This document shows positions 23,129-35,185 of a stretch of 47,149 nt of DNA, in pieces (position 1 is the first letter of the stretch; each line of letters begins with the position of its first letter). Position numbers and translations under genes: made by a program. Source of the DNA: Raillietiella orientalis (lineage: Eukaryota). Below the pieces are notes generated by a model. That model searched no databases, had not been told where the DNA came from, and was given only the letters and a program-made list of their open reading frames with translations. The stretch spans positions 434,001 through 481,149 of the forward strand of contig JAYWIR010000068.1 in the NCBI GenBank assembly GCA_036172245.1, in the 5' to 3' direction.

Positions 23129-24660
23129 TTGCCACCCAGGTACGCCCGAGGCGTTTATTAATAAAAAACTCTACAATCGCGGTACCAGGCCCCGCTGACG
23201 GCCTTATGCACGGGACCTACCGGGACGCCGGGACGCAGCCCGGCGTGGCACTCCCCGGCAGCGAAAGGGGATGGGGAAAAACAAAAGTAAAAATAAAAAC
23301 GCAAACAAACAAAAGAGGTTGGAGGGCAGGGAAGGGATCACTGTTCGCTGAGAGGAGGGCCCATCCGTTGAAGGAAGCCCTCGAGGTCCATCCGTATGTT
23401 CCCCAGTTGGGGCCATCCAGCAGCTCTCCGCAAGAAGCGTTGGGCATATGGGATGACATCCCTCGCGTGTTGACCCACTCCTTGTTGGTGTCGCTCCATG
23501 CCGCCACGATGCCTCGGACGCAGCACAAGGCTGCAAGGGCTGCGGCTGGCTGCAGGGCGTCCTTCACGAAGAGGGGCCGAAGAACGTCTCTGGGGGTGCT
23601 GCCCGTAGGGAGCCCTAGGGTCGCCCCGAACCGTTCCCAGAGGGGTCGGATGGCAGCACAATCCACAATAAGGTGGGGAAGCGACTCCCGCTCCCCGCAC
23701 CTGGCACACGCAGGATCCACAGCTCCCCTCGTCCAGTGGAAGCGGCGCGCGTTGCAGGGTAGACCCCAGTGCAACAAAAGCAACGCCGACTCTTGCCACT
23801 TAAGGGGCAGGATCCTGGATTCCTTTAATACCGGGGGCCACTTCAGCACATCCGTAGGGATGGCGAGCAGCTCGCCCCATCTTCTTAGTCCTCGCGGCTG
23901 GACGCTCGGGATCGTGGCGTCCGCCAGTTGACCCATGGTCGAGCCACTCATTCTCTTCTCCCGTCCCTGGATACAGCAGGAGACTCGCCACCTTGGCGTC
24001 CGACTGCTGTGAAGCGCCCTCCTCAGAAAAGGCAGCGCCGTAGCCAGGCAGGTTGTCTCTGCCCACGTGCTTCTAGCTGGATTCTCCAGGAGATTCCTCA
24101 GAGTGCAGTGGGCGTGGAGGCCGCATCGGAGAGGATTCCGCATTACGTGGCTTCTGTGGTTCACCACAGTCCACGTTCCGATGCTCTCCTCCAGCCAGGC
24201 GGAGGAGTTGGCGGGGCAGAAAACCATCCAGCTGTTCTCCATGGCCAACGATGCCATGCGCCCGAGCTGTAGGCCGCATCTTCTGATCTTCCGGCCGGGG
24301 CACAGAAGAAAAGACGCGAGTCCTTCGCATCGGGACACACGCCTGGCGAGCAGGTGGGCCGGAATGCACCAAGGGGTGCTTCATAACTTCGCTGCGATGG
24401 CGAGGGTTCACCATCGCAGCTGAATCTCTACTCGCTCCATCGTCAAGAGGCCGAGACAGCCATCCCGACGTGGAGCACACAAGTCCTTCAACGGGACTCG
24501 GAGCCTCCCGTTGCCCCAAAGGGCTACGCGAAGAAGGTCCTTTGTCCTCTTTTTACATTCTTTGGGAGCGGGGCAAACAAAAAGCAAGGGGCAAAGGATG
24601 AAGGCCGCAAAAGCGTTGCAAACCGCGGCTCTTTCCGGCAAGTGAAACTTACCTTCCAGA
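23129..24660 (-). mobile_element. Tx1 family B ORF2 3' part plus 3' end
   Basis: LLLHWGLPCNARRFHW...CARCGERESLPHLIVDC; AATAAA and hairpin at 23133-23159. Confidence 0.88.
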
Positions 24661-24669
24661 AAGCTGGCT

Positions 24670-24940
24670 GTTGATGATTTATTGCGAAAGTAAGAGTTGG
24701 ATGATTTCGCGAAGTACTATAGATACGTGTGTGTAAAAGGATGTGCGACGAAGTTAGAGCCAATGTCTTTAGGCTTGATGATAGGAAATATGGGTGTAGA
24801 GTTTGGCATGAAGGTGTCGTATAGGGATATGGTGCTGTAACAGGCTGCGCACCAGGGAGACTACTTTGGAAGTTTGGAAGGTCATCCATACAGCTAAGTA
24901 GAGGATACTCTAGCTAGCCATGCTGAAAGTTGATGTTTTT
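24670..24940 (+). pseudogene. cap: CRESS capsid fragment (cap5) with stops
   Basis: DDFAKYYRYVCVKGCATKLEPMSLGLMIGNMGVEFGMKVSYRDMVL*QAAHQGDYFG. Confidence 0.88.
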
Positions 24941-25280
24941 GGAGTAGAACGTAGTATGATTGTGTAGGATGGAGAGTTCATCGGCGCCATCTTTGATAAT
25001 TTGGAGTATTTAGTGGGAGAAAGTTTTTGATCTTGTTGTAAATGAATTTTGCCTTACTTGGTGTTGGTATGAAGCTGGTTCGTTGTTTTCTTGTATGGCT
25101 CCGTATGTCCATGCATTCTTGTCCTTGGTGCAGTACCGTAGGTTGCTACATGGTGACCCTCTGGCTTTTTCAAGGTGGCATTACTGGAACAGCTTGCGCT
25201 TCTAGCCGGGTAAGGCGCGTGGTTCTTTAAGTTGTAGATAGCCTTGCAAGTGAGGCGTTCCGGTGCCGCTTATGCTCCTT
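24932..25280 (-). pseudogene. rep: CRESS Rep fragment (rep5)
   Basis: GTPHLQGYLQLKEPR, HLEKARGSPCSNLRYCTKD, ILQIIKDGADELSILHNHTTFYSKN. Confidence 0.88.
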
Positions 25281-25289
25281 TTTAGGGTT

Positions 25290-26110
25290 ACCGTCCGGGT
25301 TTTTCTGTTTTTTTTCCGCGGTTGGAGCCTTTTTTACTTTTCTGGCCGCTATAAGTTGCCAGCCCTCTTCCTCTCCCAGCACTGTGGAAGGTTGATCCTC
25401 GGACTTTTCTTTGGGAGATTGAGGCGCTGGCAGCTTCTGTCGGCCAGTGTCCGTATTAGGTATCGCGACCTTCGAAGTGCGTTTCCCCTGCGCTTGATTC
25501 GCAGCAGAGGGAACCGGGGTGGGGCGTTTCGGACACGCGCCGAACGTGGTCCCGTTCCCCGCACAGGTGTCACCGTATATTGGGACACTTCTTGCGTAGG
25601 TGTCCTACGGAATCACAGTAACCGCAATATCGGGGCTTTCCCACATACCAAAGGTCCACGTTCTCTTGTGCAACCTCCAGTTTGTGGGGAAGCCCACAAT
25701 TTTCTCTTACGGTCAAACGCACTGCAGCCTTTTCCCCGAAAAGGCTGTTATAGCCATTAAAAATCGTTGGTTTGGGCCACTGCGCGTGCACCTCGCCGAA
25801 CTTTTTAAGTTCGTTCCCAACCGCTGACCGTGGCATGCGGTTTGTGATGCCGGTCAAGTGGACCCCCACGGAGCGCTCTATTGATACCGGCAGGATCTTG
25901 CGGCCGTCAACGTTAAGCGGGGCATGGATAAGGCGTTGAGCCAAAGTGATGTCTTTGCTCATCACCTCGACCCGCTGCCCGCAGCTGAGGACGGAGAGGC
26001 CCTCAAGATCCTTCTCCAGGATGTTTGCATCTTGCACCGCCTTACTAAATGCGCGTGCCGTCAAACAACTTTCCTACCTGATATACAAGCAATGGCTTGT
26101 ACCCGGCGGC
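25290..26110 (-). mobile_element. Tx1 family B ORF1 fragment
   Basis: ARAFSKA...VDLWYVGKPRYCGYCDSVGHLRKKCP; homologous to 44338-45171. Confidence 0.85.
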
Positions 26111-26329
26111 CCTGTACGCTGCTTGCTCTGCCATGGTTTCCGCGCTAGGCGCGCCCACCATGGCGCTCCAACTCCTCGCCTTGGACGGCGCAGGCGATTC
26201 TGGGACGGATTCCCCTTATTTTGTACGCTGTGGGGGGGACAAGCCTCCCCCACACCTACCACCATAGTGGTGTCCTTAGGCAACGTTGCCATCGGATACC
26301 AACGATGTGCACAATACACCACACAAGAA

Positions 26330-26560
26330 ACGCTTTCCAACGACTCTTTCGGAATCGCCGGAAAAACACGTCCGCTCTCCGTGGGCTTTGGAGACGGTGT
26401 AGCCAACAGCGAAGATTTTCTGCAGGCCCGCTCCTTTTCCAGGCGAGCAGACGTTGGTCGATTATCCGAGTATACGGCCAAGGCCGAACGCCATGTCTGG
26501 TAGTCTGGAACGAGAGTTCTGCTTGATGACCAGGACCGGGAGTGCTCAGCTCCAGCCGAC
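26330..26560 (+). mobile_element. Tx1 family B ORF2 linker fragment
   Basis: GFGDGVANSEDFLQARSFSRRADV...; matches 42115-42786 and 33402-33869. Confidence 0.8.
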
Positions 26561-26561
26561 G

Positions 26562-26790
26562 TTTTTCACCCGGATATGCTAGGGCATTTATAAATCTAAT
26601 CTTTACAGAATTAGTTAATAAAGTCTTTGAAGAGTTTGTTGTGGGAAAACACTTGGGTTTCCCACGCTATCTGACGTGTCGGGAGCCGGTTCCTAGACCG
26701 GCAAGGTCCTCTGCCGAGGCGCAGGGGAAGAGGAAACTGAAAAAAAAACAAAAAGAAATAATAGGGAGGGAAACAGTTATATAGGTCATT
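26562..26790 (-). mobile_element. Short Tx1 3'-end fragment
   Basis: Degenerate terminal hairpin (...CCGGGTGAAAAA on minus) and a T-rich 3' UTR like the neighbouring elements. Confidence 0.55.
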
Positions 26791-26835
26791 GAATGCGTCC
26801 CATGACAGCAGTGAATGCGGACGCAATGTTGCATG

Positions 26836-28930
26836 TTGCTACCCGGTCACGCCAGGGCGTTTATTAGAAATTCTCTATAATTTGTGGTACGAGGCCCCAC
26901 TACGGCCAACTCAACTGGACCTGCCGGGTCGCCGGTACGCAGACCGGCGCGACTCTCCTCGGCAGCGGAAGGGGGTGGGGAGAAAAACAAAGAGAAAAAT
27001 AAAACAAAAAACAAAAAGATTTTGGAGGGTTGGGGAAGGATCACTGACCACTGGAAGGAGGGTCCATCTTTTGCAGGATGCCCTCGAGGTCCGTCCGTAT
27101 GGTTCCCAGGTGGGACCATCTGGTCGCAATCCGCAGGTAGCGGACTGCAGGTACGACGGCATCCCTGTCGTGGCTCGGTCTTCTGACGTCGCTCCAGCAC
27201 GTCAGAGTCCCGCGTACGCAGCAAAGTGCAGCCATGGCAGCGGCTGGACACAGGGCATCCTGCACGAACAGAAGCCGAAAAACGTCTCTGGGCTGGCTAC
27301 CCTCCTGGATCCGTAGGGAGGCACGAAGACGTTCCCACAGGAGTCGGAGGGCAGCACAATCAACAAGGAGGTGGGGAGGGTTTTCCGTTCCCCACACCTG
27401 ATGCAGGTAGGATCTACTCGACCCCTGGTACAGTGGTGGCGGCGTGCGTTGCAGGGTAGACCCCAATGCAACAACAGAAGCGCCGACTCCTGCCACTTCA
27501 TGGGGAGGATCCTAGAACCAATTAATACCGGGGACCACTTCAGTTCATCCGCCTGGATGCCGAGTAGCTCTCCCCATCTCTGAAGTCCTCTCGGCTGGAC
27601 ACTAGTTGTAGTGGCGTCCGCCAGTTCCCCCGTGGACCAGGCGCTCATCAACTTCTTGCCTGCGATGCGGCAGGAGACTTGCCACCTAGGCTTCCGGCTG
27701 CTGGAGATCGCATTCCTCAGGAAGGGCATCGCCGTAGCTAGGGGCGCGGTCTCGGCCCACGTGCTTCTCGCGGGACACTGGAGTATCTTCTGCAGACTGC
27801 AGCGGAAGTAGGCGCCGCATCGTAGGCAGTTCCACATCTCTCCGTTCTTCTCGTTTATCTTCGCTCACGTGCCAGCTGTCTCCTCCAGCCATGCGGAGGA
27901 GTTGGCGGGGCTGCATACCATCCACCCGTTTTCCTTAGCCAGAGTTACCATGCGTACCAGGAGAAGACTGCATCTCTTGATCTTCGAGCCACGGCATGGA
28001 AGATGAGACGCTAGACCCTCCGTCCCAGATACACGGCTGGCAAGGAGTCGGGCCGGAATGCACCAAGGGGTGCTCCATAACTTCGCTGCGATGGCGAGGG
28101 TTCACCATCGCAGCTGAATCTCTACTCGCTCCATCGTCAAGAGGCCGAGACAGCCATCCCGACGTGGAGCACACAAGTCCTTCAACGGGACTCGGAGCCT
28201 CCCTCTTACACAAAGGGCAATTCTCAGGAAGTCCTTCGTCCGTTTCTTCAACTCTCTGGGGGCGGGGCAAACAAAAAGCAGGGGGCGGAGGATAGGAGCC
28301 GCGAACGCGTTCTACACCGCGGCCCGTTCCGGAAGGAGAAACTTGTCTTCCAAGAACGGGCCGATCGCCGTTTCCACTTTTTGGAGGCAGCCAGACCACG
28401 CTTCCGCAGGGGAGTAGTCCCCCAACGGCACACCAAGGTACTTCAAGCACCTCGCCGTGGGGATCCCCAAACGGACCCAGTCCTGCTGCCCTGCCCACGT
28501 CGCACCTATTGGCACAACCGACGACTTCGCCCTGTTAACCTGCAGTCCGGTTCCGCGGTTAAGCAGGTCGAAGAAATCCCCGACCTCCTTCGCCGGGGTG
28601 GACATTGGCAACAAGAGCAGAAGATCGTCGGCGTACGCTGCTACGGCGGGCGTGCCGGTGCACGAGCTCGGCAAGGGGGCCAAAGTCACCCTGTACGCTC
28701 TCAGCACCAACTCAAAGTAGGTGCTAAAGAGCAGGCGACTCAGGTTATCGCTTTGCCGTATGCCCCGCAGTACCGGCACGCCGTACGGCATTTGACCTCT
28801 GAAAGAGATATTAATTAGCGCGCCGCGCCAGCAAGAGCGCAGTTCGGTCAGTAGGGAGAAAGGGAAGCCCATGCGTCCCAGGAGCTACAGCAGGAGATCG
28901 TGGTCCACGCAGTCGAACGCCTTATGCGCT
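26836..28930 (-). mobile_element. Tx1 family B ORF2 (RT core to C-terminus) plus 3' end
   Basis: KAFD, GIRQSDNLS, AYADD, KYLGV, LHWGLPCNARRHHC; terminal hairpin at 26841-26865. Confidence 0.9.
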
Positions 28931-30842
28931 CGAGGGCGGACGTGTTTTCTCGGTGCTCGTCGTGCCAGGAAGTCTCCCCTAGTGCTAGTGTCGTGTGGTT
29001 AGGTGGTTGATCAGGCAGCGATGCCTGACGCGACCACCAGGGATGGCCAGGGGGCAGCGGAAACGCCGCCCCCATTGGGGATGGAGAGCCAGGGGGCGGC
29101 GTCAACGTCGCCCCCAGGGGCGATGGAGGTGGGAGCATGCGCCCCCACAGAATCGGTCCGCGCTGCGCGCGGGCGTGGAGCACCGTTGTGTAGGCGCCAT
29201 CGCCTGCAGCCGCGGCCGAATTGTCGGTCTATGTGGAGGAGGGGTATAATCCCTCATTGTTCTACAAGGTAGGCAATCTCTATTCTTTAGAAAGCGCGCG
29301 CGCCTTTTCGAAGGGGATGCGCTCTCTAGATGTCAAAGAGGTGGAGCTCAGCGATAGGACCATCCGCAGCGGGGGTTAGTACGTTGAGGTCATCTGCAAA
29401 CAAGCAGAGCTGGCCGAACGACTGCTTAAAACCGCCGTTGTGATGGGGACGCGCATGCTGCTCCTATTACGGCGGACCGCAGTATGGTGGTCCACGTGTT
29501 AGGTGTTAACGCGCGGATGCGTAAGGAACAGGTTCGCGCCGCGTTGGAAGAATACGGAACGGTCCACGCGCAGTGGTCAAAAGTTAGTCGTTTCGAGGAC
29601 TACACGGGGCTGCAACACGGCCTCACGGCTGCGCGCGTTACTGTTCGGGAGGGCTGCACTCTTCCCCAACTGGTGGTCGAAGGCGAAAATGTCGACCTCT
29701 GGTATGTGAGGAAGCCGAAATACTGTGGCTTCTGCAATACGTCGGGCCACATCAAAAAGAGGTGTCCCAACGTGCGGTGCCAAGTATGCGGCACAATGGG
29801 TCACACGAGGGAGGTGTGCCTAAAAGCAGCAGTGCGGGTGGTTTCCAAGAGAAACCTTAAAAAACGTGCCCGGCTGCTGCAGAAAAAGCTGGCGGCGAAA
29901 GCTGCCGCGAAGGCTGTGCCACCCGCGCCCAAGGCCCAGGCCGCACCCGAGAGCCCGGCGAACAACGCCGAACAAGTCGAAGGAACTATCCAGGAGCCTG
30001 GGTGGCAGGTTGCAACGGCCAGAAAATCAAAGAAGGAAAGGAGGATGGAGAAAAAGCTCGCGTACCGCCAGAAAAAACAGCAGGCAAGCGAGCAGATAAA
30101 AGAATGCTGCGTTGTCGTGGAGCTTATTCCCGACCGCTGCCAGAAAGAAGTCGCCGCTACCGACGACCTCCCCTTTGCTGACTCTGTCAACAGCGAGGGG
30201 AGCGAGCCGGCGGCGGCGTCCGTCATAGACACCACCATCGATGACGTAGCCTTCGCGCGAGCCGCGGAGGAGCTGGCAGCCTCGTTGTAGCCAGAACCCT
30301 CGAAGGCTGGCAAAAACGCCGTAAGGCCTCCGGTCTCTTCTCAGGAGTCCCCAACTTCCGACACCGAGGTGGAGGCCGGAAACCCAGCCTCCGTTTCTAC
30401 GGCAACGCGCAAGAAGGCTGGACGTAAGTCCACAAAGCCAAGGAAGCTCGTCTCCCCCGTCGAATGGGAAGAGATGGCTTCCGCAAGCGAGGGTGCCATG
30501 AGCGTGGGAAACTCTCGGGACCCGTCGCCCGAGAGACTCCCACGCACGGACACGGAGGGGATGGAGGGGGTGGAGGCCCAAGAAATGCCTCAGGTGCCTG
30601 AGAAGGTCGAAACCCCCATGAACATTCCGCCCGCCTATTGCGAGGCGGGCTCCCCCACACCTTAATCTTCCCAGCAGTCATGCCGGGAATCTCCTCCCGC
30701 CGTCGTCTGCGCATCGCCGTTTGGAACGTTAACCTCATGAGAGACGCCGGCAGGAGACGAGACATGGCCGCCCTTCTGGAGTCCTACGACCTGGCGCTGC
30801 TGCAGAAGATCCACGTTATATCTGCAGCACAAGCGCAGGAGA
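28931..30842 (+). mobile_element. Tx1 family B 5' end, ORF1 (ATG 29021, disrupted) and start of ORF2 (ATG 30680)
   Basis: 5' motif CGAGGGCGGACG; CGFCNTSGHIKKRC and CQVCGTMGHTREVC knuckles; MPGISSRRRLRIAVWNVN. Confidence 0.9.
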
Positions 30843-33800
30843 TTTCTCACCCGGTCACGCCGGGCTTTTTATTTCATATAAATACAATAGAAATGAATAT
30901 ATAAAATAAACCAGTTAAGGAACATGCCCCCAACCGACGACGGCACAAGTATCAAGAGAATATTGCTGGGTAGCAGTCCAGAATAACACAGAACGGTTTG
31001 CGGGAACTGGAAAAACAAACAAACAAAAACAAAAGAAAAAGAAATCAGGGGGGACGCCGGGACAGGGGCTTTGGGATCGCTCTGGTTCTCTCCGGTATAA
31101 TAGTAATGGCACCGGTATTTTAGCAGACCGAGCGGGGAAGGGGGTATGGGTGGGCTTCAGGACGTAGTGGTCACCGGATTAAGCCGTTCATAAAAGTGTG
31201 TAAACCGGCGGTGGATGCCGGAGAAGTCCTCTTTGACCTCGTTACGAAGATGAGACCACCTAGCAGCGTTTTTCATGGATTCTGCTGAAAACTGGTGAGC
31301 CTCCCTTCGCTGCGCTGACAACTCCAGGGCGTAGCGGGCCTTCACGATGGCGCGTATGCCACACATGGTTTCGACAATCGCGTCCACCGAAAATCCATTC
31401 CTCCTGAAGAAACGCCGCAGCACATCAATGGCAGTGCCTTTCTGTGGCAGGATGGCTGAAATCAGCCTTCGCCACAGTTCATCATCAGGTGCGATAAAGA
31501 CTCGATCTCACCGCATTTCAAAGAGTTTGGCGGAGCGGCTGCCCCGGAAACTATGCTTCGCTGCCTATTACATTGCAAGCCCCAGTGTAAAAAGAGCAGC
31601 ACATCTTGTTTCCACATTGAGGGGAACACGGAGCTATCCAAGCAAACGGGGGGACCACCATCTCTTCGGAGGGCACACTTAAATGTTGACTCTATCGAAG
31701 CAGGCCCTTCGCCCGATTACGAGGAGTGGCAGTTTCCACCAGCTCCTTTGTCTTCCAGCAGCCGAGGAGCTTACTGCCTCCCGCTATTGAGCAGAACTCC
31801 CATTTCACCGGTAGGCAACTGTCGTTGCTTGCCCTGAAGGCAGACAGCGCTGCGGCGAGTGGTGTGGCGGCCAGACGTTCCGACATCTTGTCCTGCATGA
31901 CTTCGTCCATTGGATGACTGAGGAGAAGTCGCAGGCGTCGAAGATCTTCCGGGCGCGTTCCTTCGGAAGCTGCCCACGATGAAAAAGATTCCTGCCGCCA
32001 TGCATTAATGTTCATAAGGCGGCAGGAGATCCAGCTTTGGGCTTCCAGCAGTGAGGACAGCTGCCTCAGCGGGAAGCCAAACCCTATTCTGGTGTGCCGA
32101 TAGTGGGGCACCAACGAAAGCAGTCGCTCGCTTCCCGTGCAGCGCCTTAGTACAAGTCGTGCGGGTAAGCACCACGGCGTACACCACAGCTTGGCACAGA
32201 GCCGCAGCATTCGAAACTGCACCTGCAGCTCGATGCTTTTTAATTCTAGGATGCGCAAGCCTGCATCCTGACGCGGCGACACCAAGTATTTAATTCTTAC
32301 GCGTGATCTTGCAGCGTACCTCAACGCTTTGCGTATTAGGCGCTGTGCCTAGACTATGACTTCCTGGAGGGGCGGGCAAACAAAAAACGAGGGGCGAAGG
32401 AGTGGGGCAAAGGTGTTTCAGATGCTGGCTTGTTCTGGCAAGACGAACTCGCCTCCTGAGAACGGGCCAAGTGCACGCTTTGCCTTCCGAAGGCAGTGCG
32501 ACTACGCTTCTGAGATGCAGAAGTCGCCCAACGGCACGCCAAGCTACCTTAGGTACCTGCCCGTGGGGATCCTTAGGCGGATCCAGTCGGAATGCCCTTC
32601 CCACGTCGCTCCAACCGGAACAACCATGCTCTTGCTCCTTTTGACGCTCACGTCCGCACCGCGACGGATCAACTCAAAGAAATCTTCAAGCGACGCCGCC
32701 GGGGTGGACATGGGCAACAGGAGAAGCAGGTCGTCGGCATAGGCTGCCACGGCCGGCGTACCTGGACACGAGTTCGGCAGGTTGGCTAGCGTCAGCCTGT
32801 AAGCCTCCAGCACCATTTCAAGATAGATGCTAAAGAGCAGCGGGCTTAAGCTATCGCCCTGCCTATTTCCTCCCTAACCGGCACGCCGTACACGTAACAG
32901 CCCCTGAAAACAATGGATGTAATCGCGTGGCGCCAGCAGGAGCGCAAGTACGCCAACAGGGATGCCGGGAGGCCCAGACGTTCCAAGAGCTCAAGGAGAA
33001 GCTTTTGGTTCACGCAATCGAAAGCTTTGAGCAAATCGACTGCAACCGCGAAGGCTCCCGGTGTCTCCCTTTGCGATCCGCGCCTCCGTCGGTGAGAGAT
33101 CGATGGCGTCGCTTCCGCACGACGATCCGTGGTACCGCAATGCTGCAATTGCAGCCATGTGCGGATGAATAAGAGGTTCGCGTGCATGGACCGCCCAGGA
33201 ACAACGTACGCCTGCTCCGGACTTACCAAGGATTCCGCGATCCTACCCATCCGCGCCACCCAAAATTTGGAGAACAACTTGACGTCGAATTCACTAACTT
33301 AATCGAACGCCAATTGTTCAGTTGGCGCAAATGTCCGCCTTTCGGCAAGAGACGCACCTTCGGTGAGCGAAACGAGGCGGGGACATCGCCCGCGTCTGGC
33401 ATCAGCGACGAGAGTTGAAGCACCAGGTGGATGAGCTCCGCGGAAAGCACTGTAAGAATTCTGCGGGGAGTCCATCCTTGCCTGGTGCTTTTCGTCTCTT
33501 GAGCCGCGAGATGGCCGAAGAAATTTCCTTTGCCGTGAATGGCTCCTCGAGATACGCGCGTTCCTCCTCGTCTACGACAGGTGCATCAATCGGCAGAAGC
33601 AGCTCGGAGGGACTGCGTTTCGTTGGTGCCTCTTCATACAGAGAATAGTAAGAGCGCCTGACTATCCGTGGCACGTCGGCTGGAGCCGAGCATTCCCGGT
33701 CCTGGTCGTCGAGCAGAACTGTCGCCCCTGACTGCCAGACCTGGAGCTCGGTCTTGGCCTTGTACTCGGATAATCGACCAAAGTTTGCGCGCCTGGAAAA

Positions 33801-33926
33801 GGAGCGGGCCTGCAGAAAATCTCTGCTGTTGGCTACGCCCTCTCCGAAGCCGCGCGGAAGCTGGTGCAAGGGAAAGCGGCAGAAGAACTCGCGGACCGAT
33901 CTTTTCAGATCGTCCCAGTCCTCGAG
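30843..33926 (-). mobile_element. Tx1 family B ORF2 (end of APE to C-terminus) plus 3' end, multiply frameshifted
   Basis: KAPGKDGLPAEF, DLLKAFD, AYADD; terminal GCCCGG-CGTGA-CCGGGT hairpin at 30849-30865. Confidence 0.9.
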
Positions 33927-35050
33927 CGAGGGCGGACGGGTTTTTGTTTCGCTCTTGAGCGTTTGTGGTTTTATTGTTTTTCTTTTTTTTGTTGGTGTGC
34001 CAGTGGATTCGGTGGTGGCTAGGCAGCAATGCCTGGGACCACCACCAATGTTAAGGAGGGGGCGACGTCTATGTCGCCTCCTGAATCAATGGATGTGGGG
34101 GCAACCGCCACCACAGAAGCGACTCCCTCGCTGGGGAGAAGCTGGAGTTCCGTGGCTGCGGCGCCAACGCAGACGGCTGCGGCTGAGTTAAAAGCCAACC
34201 TGGAGGAGGGGTACAATCCCCCTCTACTCTACAAGGTAGGCAACCTTTACTCCTTTGAGAGTGCACGCGCTTTCTCGAAAGCGATGCACTCCCTCAAAGT
34301 ACCACAGGAGGCGCTCTTGGCGATGAACATAAGGAGTGGTGGACAGTACGTTGAGGTAATTTGCAAAGAAGCAAGTCTTGCCCAGCGTCTGCTCCATACA
34401 CCTGTTCCTTTAGGGAATCGCAGGCTCCTCCCGATCACGGAGGATAGATCTATCGTTATCCACCTCCTAGGTATCACCTTCCGGATGGCCGAAGAAGCTA
34501 TCCGAAGGGAACTAGTTAAATTTGAAACTGTCCACGCGTTGTGGAAACGGCCGAATCCGTTTTGAAAGGACGATCTCCTGAAATGCAGTATGGCTTCCGC
34601 GCGCATCACGGTCCGCGAGGGTTGCTCCCTACCTAACAAGCTGGAGGTCAACGGCGAACCCGTTGACATCTGGTATGTCGGTAAGCATCATTTCTGCGGG
34701 GCATTGCAGCAATTCAGGTGACCTAAAAAAAAGGTGCCCCTAGTTGCAGTGGAAGCAATGCAAGGAACGCAGACACACTCTTCCAGTGTGCCCGAAACGG
34801 GAAAATCGCGCCCGCGGGCAAAGAACACCGCGACGTGTCAAGCTACCGCGGCCAAGTTGCCCCAGGCGCCGAGTGCCGCAAAGAAACAGCCGGCAAACCC
34901 GCAGTCCTCGCGCGTTTACGCAGCGCCTACTGCGGCCAAGGAAGGAACTGCTAGGGCGAGCACAACCGCTACAGCAGTGCCCCCAACGGTCGCAAAGGCA
35001 ACGCGCGAACCCTCCGATCTGGAAGAGGCAGCGCCTCTCGCGATCGCTAA
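33927..35050 (+). mobile_element. Tx1 family B 5' end plus partial ORF1 (ATG 34029)
   Basis: Near-identical to 44241-45100 over about 850 nt; same 5' motif; stop at 34565. Confidence 0.9.
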
Positions 35051-35185
35051 GTTTCCCCAAGTCCCACAAGGGGTGGGGTAAGTTTATTTTTCTATAAAAA
35101 TACAAAATTTACATTCACACTCTCATTCACTCAATACAAACATTTTGCACTTGGGGGTCCTTGGGTTGCACTAGAGTTCTGCTTT

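Noticed and set aside
23014..23931. 305-aa capsid-like ORF
   Set aside because: Only the first about 38 aa are capsid; the rest is antisense read-through of a Tx1 3' end.
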